This document shows, one piece after another, positions 17,312 to 26,537 of a stretch of DNA of 64,000 nucleotides. Position 1 is the stretch's first letter. Every line of letters starts with the position of its first letter. The DNA is from Gammaproteobacteria bacterium (GTDB lineage Bacteria > Pseudomonadota > Gammaproteobacteria > Steroidobacterales > Foliamicaceae): the NCBI GenBank assembly GCA_009845905.1, contig VXYS01000009.1, positions 580,325 to 644,324 on the forward strand, in the 5' to 3' direction. Under the pieces are notes generated by a model. That model did not search any database, was not told the origin of the DNA, and was given only the letters and a program-made list of their open reading frames with translations. Both the position numbers and the translations under genes were made by a program.

Positions 17312-17708
17312 AGCGCGCCCGGGCGGTCGCCGCGAGTGCGCCGTTGTCGTCGCGGAAGGCCTTGCCCTCCATTTCCATCATGCGGCCGCGGCGGCGCAGC
17401 AGCCGGCCTTCGAGCTTCAGGCCGACTCCCATCGGCACCGCGTCGCGGTAACGGATCTCGCAGCGCGCCGTGTGGGCGCGCAGGCCCTGCAGGAAACTCC
17501 AGTTGGCCATGACGTCGTCCAGCAGCGAATAGAGGATGCCTCCATGGAGCATTTCGCTGTAGCCCACATGCGTCGGCCCCGGCTTGAATTCCGCGCGACA
17601 GATCTGCTCGCCGCCTTCCTCCTCCAGGCGGAAACGCACCCTTAAACCCCCGGGGTTGGAAGGCCCGCAGACAAAGCAATGGTTGGCCGGGTCCCAGAGT
17701 TCGCTGAT
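17265..17708 (-). CDS. PaaI-like hotdog thioesterase (start uncertain, possible ATC start)
   Basis: HGGILYSLLDDVM core. The ORF-track GTG start at 17639 cuts off the in-frame upstream WDPANHCFVCGPSNPGGL, typical of this family's N-terminus. AGGAGA lies 6 nt before ATC 17708-17706. Confidence 0.65.
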   Translation of the reverse strand: MSELWDPANHCFVCGPSNPGGLRVRFRLEEEGGEQICRAEFKPGPTHVGYSEMLHGGILYSLLDDVMANWSFLQGLRAHTARCEIRYRDAVPMGVGLKLEGRLLRRRGRMMEMEGKAFRDDNGALAATARARFMSAGAPRHDSSSTA

Positions 17709-17755
17709 GTTTTTTCTCCTGCGCTAGGGCATGATTAGGCGGAGATCCGAATGAT

Positions 17756-18205
17756 ATGCGGGCTCAGGCAATGACTTACGATTCCGGCAACATCTTCGCG
17801 CGCATTCTGGCCGGTGAGGCCAAATCCCACCGCGTTTACGACGACGAGCATGTCCTGGCGATCATGGACGTCATGCCGCGCGCCGACGGCCATACGCTGG
17901 TGCTGCCCAAGGCGCCGTGCGCGGATTTTCACACGCTTCCCGCGGATGCCGTGCCCGGCGTGTTTGCGGCCACTCAGAAGCTCGCGGACGCCGTCAAGCA
18001 GGCGTTCGGGGCGGACGGCGTTCTGGTCATCGTGCGCAACGGCTCCGCTGCCGGCCAGGTCGTCTTCCACATGCACGTGCACGTCATTCCCTGCCGTCAG
18101 GGTCAGCCCGTGAAGCGGCCGGGACACGCGCTGGCCGATGACGAAGTTCTCGCGGATCACGCCCGGCTGATTCGCGAGGCGCTGTCCCGGCAGGCGGCGG
18201 AATAG
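17756..18205 (+). CDS. HIT-family nucleotide hydrolase/transferase
   Basis: Histidine-triad motif HMHVHVIP and [11 protein letters not shown]-terminus. An alternative ATG lies at 17771. Confidence 0.85.
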   Translation: MRAQAMTYDSGNIFARILAGEAKSHRVYDDEHVLAIMDVMPRADGHTLVLPKAPCADFHTLPADAVPGVFAATQKLADAVKQAFGADGVLVIVRNGSAAGQVVFHMHVHVIPCRQGQPVKRPGHALADDEVLADHARLIREALSRQAAE

Positions 18206-18216
18206 CCGCAGCACTC

Positions 18217-19368
18217 ATGCCTGCAAGTCACCTCAATTGGCCGTTTTTCGAGCAGCGGCATGGCCACCGGCAGAGCAGGCTGGACGCCTGGTGCGGCGAG
18301 CAATCCTGGGAGCAGGAGCCCTCCGATGCCGACCTGGACGCGAGCTGTCGGGACATCGCCACGCGTCTGGGCGAAGCCGGGTTCCTCAAGATCGCGGTAC
18401 CGCAGCCGTTCGGCGATGACCCCAGCCTCGACGCCCGCAGTCTGTGCCTGATGCGCGAGACGCTGGCGCGGCACGAGCCCCTGGCCGATTTTGTCTACGC
18501 GATGCAGGTTCTCGGCAGCGCGCCGATCAGCCTGTACGGGAACTCCGGGCAGAAGGAGGCATGGCTGGGCGATGTGGCCGCCGGGCGGAAGATCGCGGCC
18601 TTCGCGCTCTCGGAGAAGAAAGCGGGTTCGGATGTCGCCGCCATGGCCATGCGCGCGGAGCGGCGCAAGGGCGACTACGTGCTGAACGGGGCCAAGGCCT
18701 GGATTTCTAATGCCGGAATCGCCGATTTCTACGTGGTGTTCGCCCGCACCGCCGAAGGCAAGCGCGGAATCAGCGCGTTCGTGGTGCCTGCCGATACGCC
18801 CGGCCTTCAGGTCGGGGAGCGCACCCGGGCCATTGCGGCGCACCCGCTGGGCAACCTTGAATTCAACGACTGCCGCCTGCCGGCGGAATCCATGCTGGGG
18901 GCGCCCGGAGACGGGATGCGCGTTGCGCTCGGCACTCTGGACCTGTGCCGTTCGACCGTGGGCGCGGCCGCGCTGGGCATGGCGCGCCGAGCCTACGGTG
19001 AAGCATTGCAGAGAGCACGCCGACGGGAGCTGTTCGGCGGGACCCTCGGTGACCTGCAGCTCACGCAGGCGGCCCTGGCCGATATGGCGACGTCCATCGA
19101 TGCGGCGGCCCTTCTGATTTACCGGGCCGCCTGGACGCGTGATTCGGGGCAGGAGCGCATAACCCGCGAGGCCTCGATGGCCAAGCTGTTCGCGACCGAG
19201 CACGCGCAAACGGTGATCGACCGCGCGGTGCAGTTGTTCGGCGGCGAGGGAGTCCGGGCGGGCTCCGTGGTCGAGCGGCTGTACCGCGAGATACGCGCAC
19301 TCAGGATTTACGAGGGCGCAAGCGAGATTCAGCAACTGCTGATCGCGCGCCACGAGCTGAAGGGCTAG
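18217..19368 (+). CDS. Acyl-CoA dehydrogenase
   Basis: 383 aa; [29 protein letters not shown], and C-terminal [20 protein letters not shown] with the catalytic-Glu motif. Confidence 0.9.
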   Translation: MPASHLNWPFFEQRHGHRQSRLDAWCGEQSWEQEPSDADLDASCRDIATRLGEAGFLKIAVPQPFGDDPSLDARSLCLMRETLARHEPLADFVYAMQVLGSAPISLYGNSGQKEAWLGDVAAGRKIAAFALSEKKAGSDVAAMAMRAERRKGDYVLNGAKAWISNAGIADFYVVFARTAEGKRGISAFVVPADTPGLQVGERTRAIAAHPLGNLEFNDCRLPAESMLGAPGDGMRVALGTLDLCRSTVGAAALGMARRAYGEALQRARRRELFGGTLGDLQLTQAALADMATSIDAAALLIYRAAWTRDSGQERITREASMAKLFATEHAQTVIDRAVQLFGGEGVRAGSVVERLYREIRALRIYEGASEIQQLLIARHELKG

Positions 19369-19372
19369 TGCG

Positions 19373-21475
19373 GTGACACGCCAGTATCGGCAGTACGCTC
19401 TGCCATGGCTGCTTGCGCTTGCCCAATGCCTGCTGCTGCCGGCCGTCCATGCCCAGGCAAGCGAAGGCGCAAGCGCCGATCTTGAAGAAATCGTGGTGAC
19501 CGCGCGGCGGCGCCCCAGCGATGCGCAACGCGTGGGCCGCAGCCTCAGCGTTCTGGACCTTGAGAGCCTCGGAGGACTGCCCGGACAGACGCACGTGCAG
19601 GAGGCGCTGGTGCGGGTGCCGGGCGTGAACCTGCAGCGGGGCAACGGACAGGAGTACCTGCCGGCGCTGCGGTCGCCGGTGCTCACGGGGGCCGGCGCCT
19701 GCGGCGCGCTGCTCACGGCAGAGGACGGCATTCCGCTGACCTCGCCGGGCTTTTGCAACATCAACGAACTTTTCTTCGCCCACCACGAGGCGGCTTCGCG
19801 CATAGAGGTGCTGCGCGGGCCGGGAACGGCCGTGCACGGAGGCAATGCGCTGCACGGTGTCGTGAACGTCATCACCGCGCGCAGCGCAGGGTCTTCGCTT
19901 GCCGGCCTGGAGTTGGGGTCGTACGGTCTGGCGCGATTCCGGCTGAACCGGTTCGGCGAGTCGGACAGCGGCCTCAGGTTGACCGCGGTGCGCGACGGCG
20001 GTTTTCGCGACGATGCCGGTTACCGGCAGTTCAAGCTCAACGCCTTTCGCTCAGGGAACCGGCGAGCCTGGGACTGGACCGGCGGCCTGGCCGTGAGCGG
20101 GCTGGACCAGGACACCGCGGGGTACATCACCGGACTCGACAGCTATCGCGACCGGCAAACCGCCCGCTCGAATCCGGACCCCGAAGCGTTCCGCAAGGCG
20201 CTCAATCTGCGCGCCTGGGCACGCCTTCAATATCGGAGAAGTGAAGCCTGGTCGCTGGTGCTGACGCCGTACCTGCGCTACTCGCGCATGCGCTTTCGGA
20301 TGCATTTCCTGCCCGGCGACCCGTTCGAGCGCAACGGCCATTCGGGCGCCGGCCTGCAGACGGCCGCCTATATCGACCGACCAGCCTGGCGCCTCATTGC
20401 CGGTCTGGATTTCGAGTACGCGCGGGGCGATCTGCGCCAGTGGCAGGAGGGCGACGCCGCCGGCAGCGCATTCGTGCGGGCGGTCTTCCCCTCCGGGGAC
20501 CACTACGACTACGAGGTGGACGCCGGCTGGCTGGCCCCGTTTGCGCAGCTTGATCTGCGTCTCGGAAGCGATTGGACCGCGAGTTTCGGAGCGCGTTACG
20601 AACGTGCGCGTTACGACTACCGCACCATGCTGCCCGCGGGACGCACGCGGGACGATCTGACTCCCTGCGGATTCGGAGGTTGCCGCTACAGTCGCCCGGC
20701 CGACCGCTCCGACAGCTTCGGGACGTTCTCGCCCAAGGCGAGCATCATCTGGAGCCCTTCAGGCAGCGCACGCGTCTGGCTCAGTTTCTCGCACGGCTTT
20801 CGCATGCCCCAGGCCACCGAGCTGTACCGCCTGCAGGGTGCGCAGGCCACGGCCGATTTGCGCCCGGAACAGCTTCGGGCGGCGGAACTGGGCGCGTCCT
20901 TCCGGCTCGAAGCCTTTGCCGCGCAGGTGGCGCTGTACCACATGCGCAAGCGGGACGTCCTTTTCCGGGACGCCGAGCTGTTCAATCGCGCGGGCGGCGG
21001 CACTCGACACGAGGGGTTCGAGATCGACGTGTCCTGGCGGGTGATATCCCGACTGACGGTGGAATTAACCGGCAGCGTTGCCCGGCACCGTTACGACAGG
21101 GATTACCTGCTCGGGGGCGTCAATCTGGACGGCCTCGAAGTGGACACCGCGCCCCGTCGGGTCGGCGGGACGCGCCTTCGCTGGAGGGGCGAGGCCGACT
21201 GGCAGATGGAACTGGAGTGGCTTTGGACTTCAGGCTACTTCATGGAGCCCCAAAACCGGCATCGCTATCCGGGTCATGAAATCCTGAACCTGCGCGCGCG
21301 CGCGGCGCTCGGGCCGCGGGTCATCGTTTATCTGCGACTGCTCAACCTGACCGGCCGGGCATACGCGGACCGCGCCGACTATACGGTCTTCAGCGGCGAG
21401 CGCTATTTCCCGGGACGGCCCCGGTCCCTGTTTGCCGGGCTGGAATGGCGCTGGGGCGCGTCCTCCTCCAACTAG
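19373..21475 (+). CDS. TonB-dependent receptor
   Basis: Signal peptide ...LLLPAVHAQA, plug-domain start LEEIVVTARR, beta-barrel-type alternating sequence. Starts 4 nt after the ACAD stop. Confidence 0.85.
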   Translation: MTRQYRQYALPWLLALAQCLLLPAVHAQASEGASADLEEIVVTARRRPSDAQRVGRSLSVLDLESLGGLPGQTHVQEALVRVPGVNLQRGNGQEYLPALRSPVLTGAGACGALLTAEDGIPLTSPGFCNINELFFAHHEAASRIEVLRGPGTAVHGGNALHGVVNVITARSAGSSLAGLELGSYGLARFRLNRFGESDSGLRLTAVRDGGFRDDAGYRQFKLNAFRSGNRRAWDWTGGLAVSGLDQDTAGYITGLDSYRDRQTARSNPDPEAFRKALNLRAWARLQYRRSEAWSLVLTPYLRYSRMRFRMHFLPGDPFERNGHSGAGLQTAAYIDRPAWRLIAGLDFEYARGDLRQWQEGDAAGSAFVRAVFPSGDHYDYEVDAGWLAPFAQLDLRLGSDWTASFGARYERARYDYRTMLPAGRTRDDLTPCGFGGCRYSRPADRSDSFGTFSPKASIIWSPSGSARVWLSFSHGFRMPQATELYRLQGAQATADLRPEQLRAAELGASFRLEAFAAQVALYHMRKRDVLFRDAELFNRAGGGTRHEGFEIDVSWRVISRLTVELTGSVARHRYDRDYLLGGVNLDGLEVDTAPRRVGGTRLRWRGEADWQMELEWLWTSGYFMEPQNRHRYPGHEILNLRARAALGPRVIVYLRLLNLTGRAYADRADYTVFSGERYFPGRPRSLFAGLEWRWGASSSN

Positions 21476-21500
21476 CTGGCGCTTACAAGGACGGGACGCC

Positions 21501-21519
21501 GCGAGGGACATGCCCTCGC
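21501..21519. terminator. Possible bidirectional hairpin between convergent genes
   Basis: gcgaggg-acatg-ccctcgc (7-bp stem, 5-nt loop) between the TBDR stop (21475) and a minus-strand stop (21528). No U-tract. Confidence 0.3.
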
Positions 21520-21527
21520 TCCCGGGG

Positions 21528-21872
21528 TTATTCGGCGGCGATCCATTCGCCGCCCTGGAAACCGCAGCCGATTTCCAGCGCGAATGCGTCACCGGTGTAG
21601 TAATGCTGCCTGGAGTCTCCCAGGTCGCAGACCCCCACCGTCTCGCGCTCGGCGTCGCACTCGGCGCCTTCCGCGAAGCTTGCGTCATGGTTGTCGTCTG
21701 TCTGACCCAGCTCCGTGCAGGCGGCTTCCGTCACCGGCGCCTGGCAAACGTCGAACGGGCCCGCGAACATGTTCTCCTGAACATAGGTGCAGGCGCCTAC
21801 AGGCTCATCGTCGCCGATCGCGGCGCTCATCAATACCAGAAAAAGGCCGGGCAGCCAGCGTTTTGTCGTCAT
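21528..21872 (-). CDS. Small secreted Cys-rich acidic protein, unknown function
   Basis: 114 aa, signal-like N-terminus MTTKRWLPGLFLVLMSAAIG, six Cys in the mature part. No family recognised. Confidence 0.5.
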   Translation of the reverse strand: MTTKRWLPGLFLVLMSAAIGDDEPVGACTYVQENMFAGPFDVCQAPVTEAACTELGQTDDNHDASFAEGAECDAERETVGVCDLGDSRQHYYTGDAFALEIGCGFQGGEWIAAE

Positions 21873-21968
21873 GTGTGTGTTCTCCCCTCTTCAGAACAGC
21901 GGCGAATGATAAACCAGCGCTCTGCTATGCTGCGGAGCACGACACTCGTTGGGAGGAATGCTCGGCCA

Positions 21969-23390
21969 ATGTGGATAAAGAAGAACAGCATCGACCGGCC
22001 GCAGGATGGCCGCCTGCCCATTCCGACGCAAATCATCTCCAACGAGGAATATCTGCCGACGCCGCAGACACCCGAACAGCGCAAGGTGGAATTCCTGCTC
22101 AAGGAATGGTCCGCTCAGCGCAGCAAGACCCTGGGACTGTCGCGCCGCGAGTTTCTGGCCGGGAGCTGCGGAATGGCGATGGCCTTCATGGCGATGAACG
22201 AAGTGTTCGGTCCCTGGTTCCGCGTGCACGCGTCGGAAACCTACGATCCGGAGGCCTACCCCGAGTTATGGCCCAAGACTTCGTTCGTTTTCGACGTGCA
22301 GACGCATCACGTGCGCACCGATGGGGTGGAACCCCTGTTCTTCCGAAAGCTCTCGGCGCCGTTCAACAAGGAGCTGGCCGGGGTGGAACCGCAGAAGGGC
22401 GACCTGCAGTTCCGCAATTTCATAAAGGAAGTCTTTTTCGACAGCGATACGCAGGTGGCGGTCATCAGCGGCGTGGCCTCGAACCTGTTCAACGTGCTCA
22501 ACTCGGACGAGATGGTGGAGGGCCGCGAGCGGATCAACGCGATGGCCGGATCGCAGCGGCTGCTGGCGCACGGGCTGACGGCGCCGTTCTTCCCGAATTT
22601 CCTGGAGGAGACCGAGCGCATGGCGCTGGACCTGAAGGTGGATTCGTGGAAGTTCTATCCGGGAGTGGTAGAGCGCAAGGGTGAGTTCCCGTTCTGGATG
22701 GACGACGAGGAGCTGATGTATCCCTTCTACGAGAAGATTCTCGGCTACGGGATGGATCTGGTGTGTGTGCACAAGGGCCTGCCGCTCCCCGGCAGCAGCC
22801 TGGAGCACAACCATCCGCGCGACATCGAAAAGGCCGCCCGCGACCACCCCGGGATCAACTTCATCATCTATCACTCCGGCTTCAAGGCGGCGAACTACGA
22901 GCTTCCGCCCGGCGACGGCTACATACAGGAGGGCGGCTACCTGCCCTGGACCACCGACCTGGTGCGGATGCGCGAGGCCAATCCCGACATGACCAACGTC
23001 TACATGGAACTCGGCACCACGTTCGGTCACACGGTCATCACCCATCCCAACGTTTGCGCGCATTTCCTGGGGCAGATCCTCAAGGCCTACGGGGCCGATC
23101 ACGTGATCTGGGGCACGGACGCCATCTGGTGGGGGTCCCCGCAATGGCAGATCGAGGCCTTCCGCCGCTTCAGGATGCCCGAGGAGCTGCAGGAGGAGTT
23201 CGGCTATCCCGACCTCACGGACGCGGACAAGGACAAGATCCTGGGGCTGAACGCCGCGCGCCTGTACGGGATCGACCCGGACGAGGCCCGCAAGGCGCTA
23301 CCGGCCGACGGGCTTTCGCAACTGAAGAACTGGTACGGCCACGAAGGCGGTCAACCGAGCAACACCCAATACGGCTGGATCAAGGCCTGA
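21969..23390 (+). CDS. Amidohydrolase_2-type metal-dependent hydrolase/decarboxylase with twin-arginine motif
   Basis: SRREFLAGSCGMAMAF is a Tat-like motif. FDVQTHH, VCVHKG and IIYHSG blocks are typical of TIM-barrel amidohydrolase_2. ATG 21969 follows gggagga; an internal GTG start is possible. Confidence 0.75.
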   Translation: MWIKKNSIDRPQDGRLPIPTQIISNEEYLPTPQTPEQRKVEFLLKEWSAQRSKTLGLSRREFLAGSCGMAMAFMAMNEVFGPWFRVHASETYDPEAYPELWPKTSFVFDVQTHHVRTDGVEPLFFRKLSAPFNKELAGVEPQKGDLQFRNFIKEVFFDSDTQVAVISGVASNLFNVLNSDEMVEGRERINAMAGSQRLLAHGLTAPFFPNFLEETERMALDLKVDSWKFYPGVVERKGEFPFWMDDEELMYPFYEKILGYGMDLVCVHKGLPLPGSSLEHNHPRDIEKAARDHPGINFIIYHSGFKAANYELPPGDGYIQEGGYLPWTTDLVRMREANPDMTNVYMELGTTFGHTVITHPNVCAHFLGQILKAYGADHVIWGTDAIWWGSPQWQIEAFRRFRMPEELQEEFGYPDLTDADKDKILGLNAARLYGIDPDEARKALPADGLSQLKNWYGHEGGQPSNTQYGWIKA

Positions 23391-24957
23391 CCGCAACCGA
23401 TACGAGCTTGATGATTTGTCCGCCGCTGTCGTGTTCCAGCAGGAGATAGATTTCACCGGCCGGTCCCACCTCGATATCGCGAAACCGGACCACGTCCTCC
23501 AGCAGAGTTTCCTGACGGACCAGTTGATGGTCTTTCACTCTCATGCGCAACAGGTCGGAAGCCCGCAACGTTCCCACAATGAGGTCGCCGTTCCATTCAG
23601 GGAACATGTTGCCCTTGTAGAACACGAAGCTTGACAGGGCAGGCGCGGGCGTGAAGTCAACCAGAGGCTGCCGGATGTCCGCCAGGTCGAATTCGATGCC
23701 GAGCACTCTGCCCCAGGCTACAGGCGTACCGGTGTAATTGACGCCGAGCGAGTACAAAGGCCACCCGTAGTTGAGCCCGGGCTCGATGAGGTTGATTTCA
23801 TCGCCCCCGCGCGGACCCATCTCGGTGCTCCAGACTTCGTTGCTGCGGTGATTGAACTCCAGACCCTGGGGATTGCGGTGGCCATAGGTCCAGATCGCCG
23901 GCTCCGCGCCGGGCGTTCCGACAAAGGGATTGTCGGCGGGCACACGGCCATCGTCATGCAGGCGCATGATCTTGCCGTAGGGGGTGCTGAGATCCTGTAT
24001 GCCGATGTGTTCCATCGGGCCCTTGATCCCAACGCCGAAGAACACATAGCCGCTGTTATCGAAGGCTATGCGGCCGCCCGCGGCGATTTCCGGCATCAGG
24101 GTGTAGTGCTCGTGATCCGCCTGCCAGAGGACCTCTTCGTCCACCCAGGCGCCGTCCCTGATGCGCCCGCGCACGAGTTTGTTCATGGACACGTCCTGAT
24201 CCGATTGCCGGCTGATCTCGTTGCAGCCGGAGCACCGGTCGCCGTAGTGGAGATAAATCCAGCCGTTGTTCCGGTAGTCGGGGTGAAGAGCCGCTTCCAT
24301 CATCCAGCCCAGGCCCATCGGCTGACCGACGAAGTTGAAGGAGTCGGCATAGGCTTTGGGAGCGCCCCGGATCAGGTCCGATTGCTCCCCTTCGGCGCTG
24401 ATGATGCTCAGGCCCCGGCGCTTTTCCGTCAGCAGCAGGCCGCCGTCGGGCAATGGTTCAATGGAGAACGGCAACGGATCAAGCGCGTCGATCACCGTTT
24501 CGACAACGAAGTCGTGGTGTTCGCTTTCAATGGCGCCGGACGGTATTTCCAGCGGAGCGTTGTAGCGGAAATCCTCCAGGTTGGTGCCCTGGCGCTGTTC
24601 CGAAATGTACAGGGCCAATGCCCAGATCTGCTGATCGCGGAGCGACTCAGAAAAGCCGGGCATCCCCCGATCCGGAAATCCTTCCGCCGTGCTCCTTGCT
24701 ATGTCATCGATGGAATCGCCATGGAGCAATTCGGCTCCCGCGAGCGCCGTTCCCTGGGGCGCTCCCTGCAAGGCTTCTCCGTGGCAGACGGCGCATTCCC
24801 GCTGGTACAGCCTGGCGACTAGATCGGGCGGCGCGTCACCCATATTCAGCTCGCGCAGGTTGACGACCCGGGGCGCCCCTTCAGGCTGCGCCACTGCGGC
24901 GTTGAAGACGCCGTAAGCCGCGGCAATCAGCACGGTACATATTGCGGTCCTAAGCAC
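23380..24957 (-). CDS. Cytochrome c-fused PQQ-dependent sugar (sorbosone/aldose) dehydrogenase
   Basis: Signal peptide, heme motif CAVCHGE, then beta-propeller blocks (HYGDRCSGCNE, YGHRNPQGLEF, GGDEINLIEPGLNYGWP) typical of soluble GDH/YliI-like enzymes. Confidence 0.8.
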   Translation of the reverse strand: MLRTAICTVLIAAAYGVFNAAVAQPEGAPRVVNLRELNMGDAPPDLVARLYQRECAVCHGEALQGAPQGTALAGAELLHGDSIDDIARSTAEGFPDRGMPGFSESLRDQQIWALALYISEQRQGTNLEDFRYNAPLEIPSGAIESEHHDFVVETVIDALDPLPFSIEPLPDGGLLLTEKRRGLSIISAEGEQSDLIRGAPKAYADSFNFVGQPMGLGWMMEAALHPDYRNNGWIYLHYGDRCSGCNEISRQSDQDVSMNKLVRGRIRDGAWVDEEVLWQADHEHYTLMPEIAAGGRIAFDNSGYVFFGVGIKGPMEHIGIQDLSTPYGKIMRLHDDGRVPADNPFVGTPGAEPAIWTYGHRNPQGLEFNHRSNEVWSTEMGPRGGDEINLIEPGLNYGWPLYSLGVNYTGTPVAWGRVLGIEFDLADIRQPLVDFTPAPALSSFVFYKGNMFPEWNGDLIVGTLRASDLLRMRVKDHQLVRQETLLEDVVRFRDIEVGPAGEIYLLLEHDSGGQIIKLVSVAVRP

Positions 24958-25009
24958 TCCCGGAACCCTGTTCTTCTACAATGGCGTGGCATCCACAGGA
25001 CGTAAGCTT

Positions 25010-26518
25010 ATGACAGTTGTCCCCGATCAGGAGAAGAATTCCCTGCGCACCGGTCCCTACGACTCCCTGCGCGATTTTGTAAACGCCATCGAGGCTCGCG
25101 GCAAGCTCATGCGCCTCAAGGAAATCGATCAGGACAAGTATGAGGCCACCGGCGTCATGTATCGCCTGATCGACAAGTTCGGATATGAGGATGCGCCCGC
25201 CCTGCTGATCGAGCGCATGAAAATCGACGGAGAGTGGCGTGACGGCCCGATTGTCGCCAATCTGTACGGCAACTGGGACATCGAGGCCTTGCCGTTCGGT
25301 GTTGAAGAGATCAGCGACAACGACGAGCAAATGTACCGGGCGACACGCGACAAGTTGATGACGCGCATCGATGCGGCCGGCAACTGGATGAAGATAAAAC
25401 CCGTTCACGTCGAATCGTCCGATGCTCCGTGCAAGGAGATTCGGTTAGCGGGAGCCGATATCGATCTTCTCAGGTTTCCCTGGCTCAAGAACAACCCGGC
25501 CGACGCCGCCCGATACATCAATACGGGCGCCGTTTTCATGCATGACAGCCGGTTGGGGGCGAACGTCGGCACCTATCGCTGCCAGATCAAGGGTAAGAAC
25601 AGGATCGGACTGAACCCCGAACCCGGTCAGGACGGCTGGCGGCTGCTCATGGGCATGAAGCGGCGCGGCGATCCATCGTGCAGGGTGTCCATTGCGGTTG
25701 CCGTCGATCCCGCCGTGTGGTCCGTGAGCAGCACCAAGATGGCCGGTTTCGGCGAAAGCGAGATTGAAATCGCAGGTGGGTTGATAGGCAGGCCCATCGA
25801 ACTCGTCAGGAGCGAGACCAACGACATCATGGTGCCGGCGCATGCCGAGATGATCATCGAAGGCGAGGTGCCACTGGACCAGGCCGAAGATGAAGGCCCT
25901 TACGGGGAAATGTACGGCTATCTGGGCCCGATGAAGCGGAACAATTTCTTCGTCAATGTTACGGCCATTACGCACCGCCGTAATCCGATGTTCTTCAATT
26001 CGTTCACCGGCGTTGCGGCGGACATGCCCAAGGGCCCTTCATGTGCGGCCGAGTACCACCGCTACAGGAAACTGATCCCGAACCTGAAAGCGATCTACAC
26101 TCCGCGCGGCGCGAACGGCGTCAGCCTGGTCAGTATCGACAAGAGGTTTGCCGGCGAGGGTATGTCGGCCGGGCAGACGGTGGCCGCAAATCCCGGTCTC
26201 AACAAGGTGGTCATTGTCGTCGATGGCGACGTGAACATCCTCAAGCCCCTCAACGTCCTCCACGTGCTTGGCGCGCGCTGGCAGCCCAGGGCCAGCGTCG
26301 TGATCCCGCAAACGCAGATGCGCATGCCCGATCCCAGCATGCAAACCATGGGGATCACCAGCAAGATGATCATTGACGCGACCCGACAGCTGCCCGGCGA
26401 GGGCGGTCCGGACATCTGGCCACCCGTGTCGCGCGTGCTCCTGGAAGAGAAGTGCCCGGACCTGCTGGATGAAATCGACCGGAAGTGGCCTGACTATCTC
26501 AAGGGCTGGGTGAAATAA
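25010..26518 (+). CDS. UbiD-family (prFMN-dependent) decarboxylase
   Basis: SLRDFVNAIEARGKLMRLKEID N-terminus, about 500 aa with UbiD-like colinearity. An alternative GTG lies at 24986. No ubiX is adjacent. Confidence 0.8.
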   Translation: MTVVPDQEKNSLRTGPYDSLRDFVNAIEARGKLMRLKEIDQDKYEATGVMYRLIDKFGYEDAPALLIERMKIDGEWRDGPIVANLYGNWDIEALPFGVEEISDNDEQMYRATRDKLMTRIDAAGNWMKIKPVHVESSDAPCKEIRLAGADIDLLRFPWLKNNPADAARYINTGAVFMHDSRLGANVGTYRCQIKGKNRIGLNPEPGQDGWRLLMGMKRRGDPSCRVSIAVAVDPAVWSVSSTKMAGFGESEIEIAGGLIGRPIELVRSETNDIMVPAHAEMIIEGEVPLDQAEDEGPYGEMYGYLGPMKRNNFFVNVTAITHRRNPMFFNSFTGVAADMPKGPSCAAEYHRYRKLIPNLKAIYTPRGANGVSLVSIDKRFAGEGMSAGQTVAANPGLNKVVIVVDGDVNILKPLNVLHVLGARWQPRASVVIPQTQMRMPDPSMQTMGITSKMIIDATRQLPGEGGPDIWPPVSRVLLEEKCPDLLDEIDRKWPDYLKGWVK

Positions 26519-26537
26519 AGGGCCGTAGTCCGGAAAC

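Noticed and set aside
18157-19875. Long antisense or out-of-frame ORFs in the track. Examples: 18157-19875 (-) 572 aa, 28164-29969 (-) 601 aa, 33132-34754 (-) 540 aa, 36072-37496 (-) 474 aa, 3496-4614 (-) 372 aa, 6216-7520 (-) 434 aa.
   Set aside because: Each lies opposite or out of frame to a gene with clear family motifs. Their translations are Arg/Ala/Gly/Pro-rich low-complexity strings with no motifs. This is the expected shadow-ORF pattern in about 65% GC DNA.
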